The notes under the pieces: model-generated | What the model saw: the letters and a program-made list of their open reading frames with translations, nothing else | Databases searched by the model: none | Told to the model about the DNA's origin: nothing | In this document: positions 38,341 to 38,642 of the stretch, one piece after another | Layout: the number at the start of each line of letters is the position of its first letter | Position numbering within the stretch: position 1 is the first letter of the stretch | NCBI GenBank assembly: GCA_039208735.1 | Contig: JBCCQY010000079.1 | Span: forward strand, 1-38,642 | From: Myxococcota bacterium | GTDB lineage: Bacteria; Myxococcota_A; UBA796; GCA-2862545 | DNA length: 38,642 bases | Direction of reading: 5' to 3' | Position numbers and translations under genes: made by a program

Positions 38341-38642
38341 GTGGACTCCTCGGGAGCGCGCACGAAACGCAGGTCAGGGACTCGTTTGCGATGAATCGCG
38401 TGAGCGACTTCCATGCGCAACCAGGACCGGGCCGCCTCTAGGCGGTCCAGGACCGTGTCATCCTCATCTTCAGGACGAATGACAACCCGAAACCGCGAGG
38501 CATCGGGGTCAGGCTCACAACGAACGATCCAGACGCCATGAAGGGAGACGTCCGAGGCGGCCCCCAGGGCAAGCTCGAGCGCGCGTTTGATTTGTCCACC
38601 GAGACGGCGGTGGGTGTGAGTGGTTCGAGACTTGCGGTCTCG
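38337..38642 (-). CDS. Ribosome-binding factor A (RbfA)-like protein, 5' end outside the window
   Basis: Not in the ORF track. Open frame from 38642: RDRKSRTTHTHRRLGGQIKRALELALGAASDVSLHGVWIVRCEPDPDASRFRVVIRPEDEDDTVLDRLEAARSWLRMEVAHAIHRKRVPDLRFVRAPEEST*. It follows the RbfA pattern (helix, D..L..V.I..., SPD-like turn, L..A..WLR..., R..P.L.F). The stop overlaps the rtcB ATG. Confidence 0.72.
   Translation of the reverse strand, partial: RDRKSRTTHTHRRLGGQIKRALELALGAASDVSLHGVWIVRCEPDPDASRFRVVIRPEDEDDTVLDRLEAARSWLRMEVAHAIHRKRVPDLRFVRAPEEST

Noticed and set aside
38432..38445. Inverted repeat CCGCCT-CT-AGGCGG
   Set aside because: Lies inside the RbfA-like coding frame, has no U tract, and is expected by chance at this GC content.
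38337..38642. Edge ORF as PrfH or as housekeeping rbfA
   Set aside because: No GGQ in a release-factor context: the LGGQI match lies in an N-terminal helix with no RF-like flanks. It is followed by rtcB rather than truB/DHH and is divergent, so a paralog is more likely, although upstream context is unseen.

Overview
GC-rich bacterial chromosomal segment, gene-dense, with about 39 protein-coding genes. I found no rRNA, tRNA, CRISPR array, transposase or integrase. A MYXO-CTERM-like sorting tail and a TIGR02996+LRR protein suggest a Myxococcota-type host (inference). Ordinary content: LemA/TPM pair, AhpD-like + ArsS-like radical SAM pair, complete tyrosine catabolism operon (FAH-maiA-hppD-hmgA), ECF sigma/anti-sigma, CheY/kinase genes, MarR, TetR-alkB, TAXI protein, GH1 beta-glucosidase, several hydrolases, serB, SDR and LysR. 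The notable content is two separate RNA-repair loci. (1) An RtcR-like sigma54 activator is divergent from an RtcB2-type ligase; there is a clear -24/-12 promoter and a perfect NtrC-type box, but no adjacent prfH. (2) At the right edge, an RbfA-like ORF that the ORF track misses is coupled by an ATGA overlap to a second RtcB, followed by a ComB-family phosphatase. This second locus is a candidate 30S/16S rRNA repair module. Other oddities: a REP-like palindromic repeat cluster (19868-20071), an anti-sigma factor whose outer domain resembles the C-terminus of gliding-motility TPR proteins, and a pseudo-receiver/CheX-like hybrid. All family assignments come from motif recognition by eye; no searches were run.
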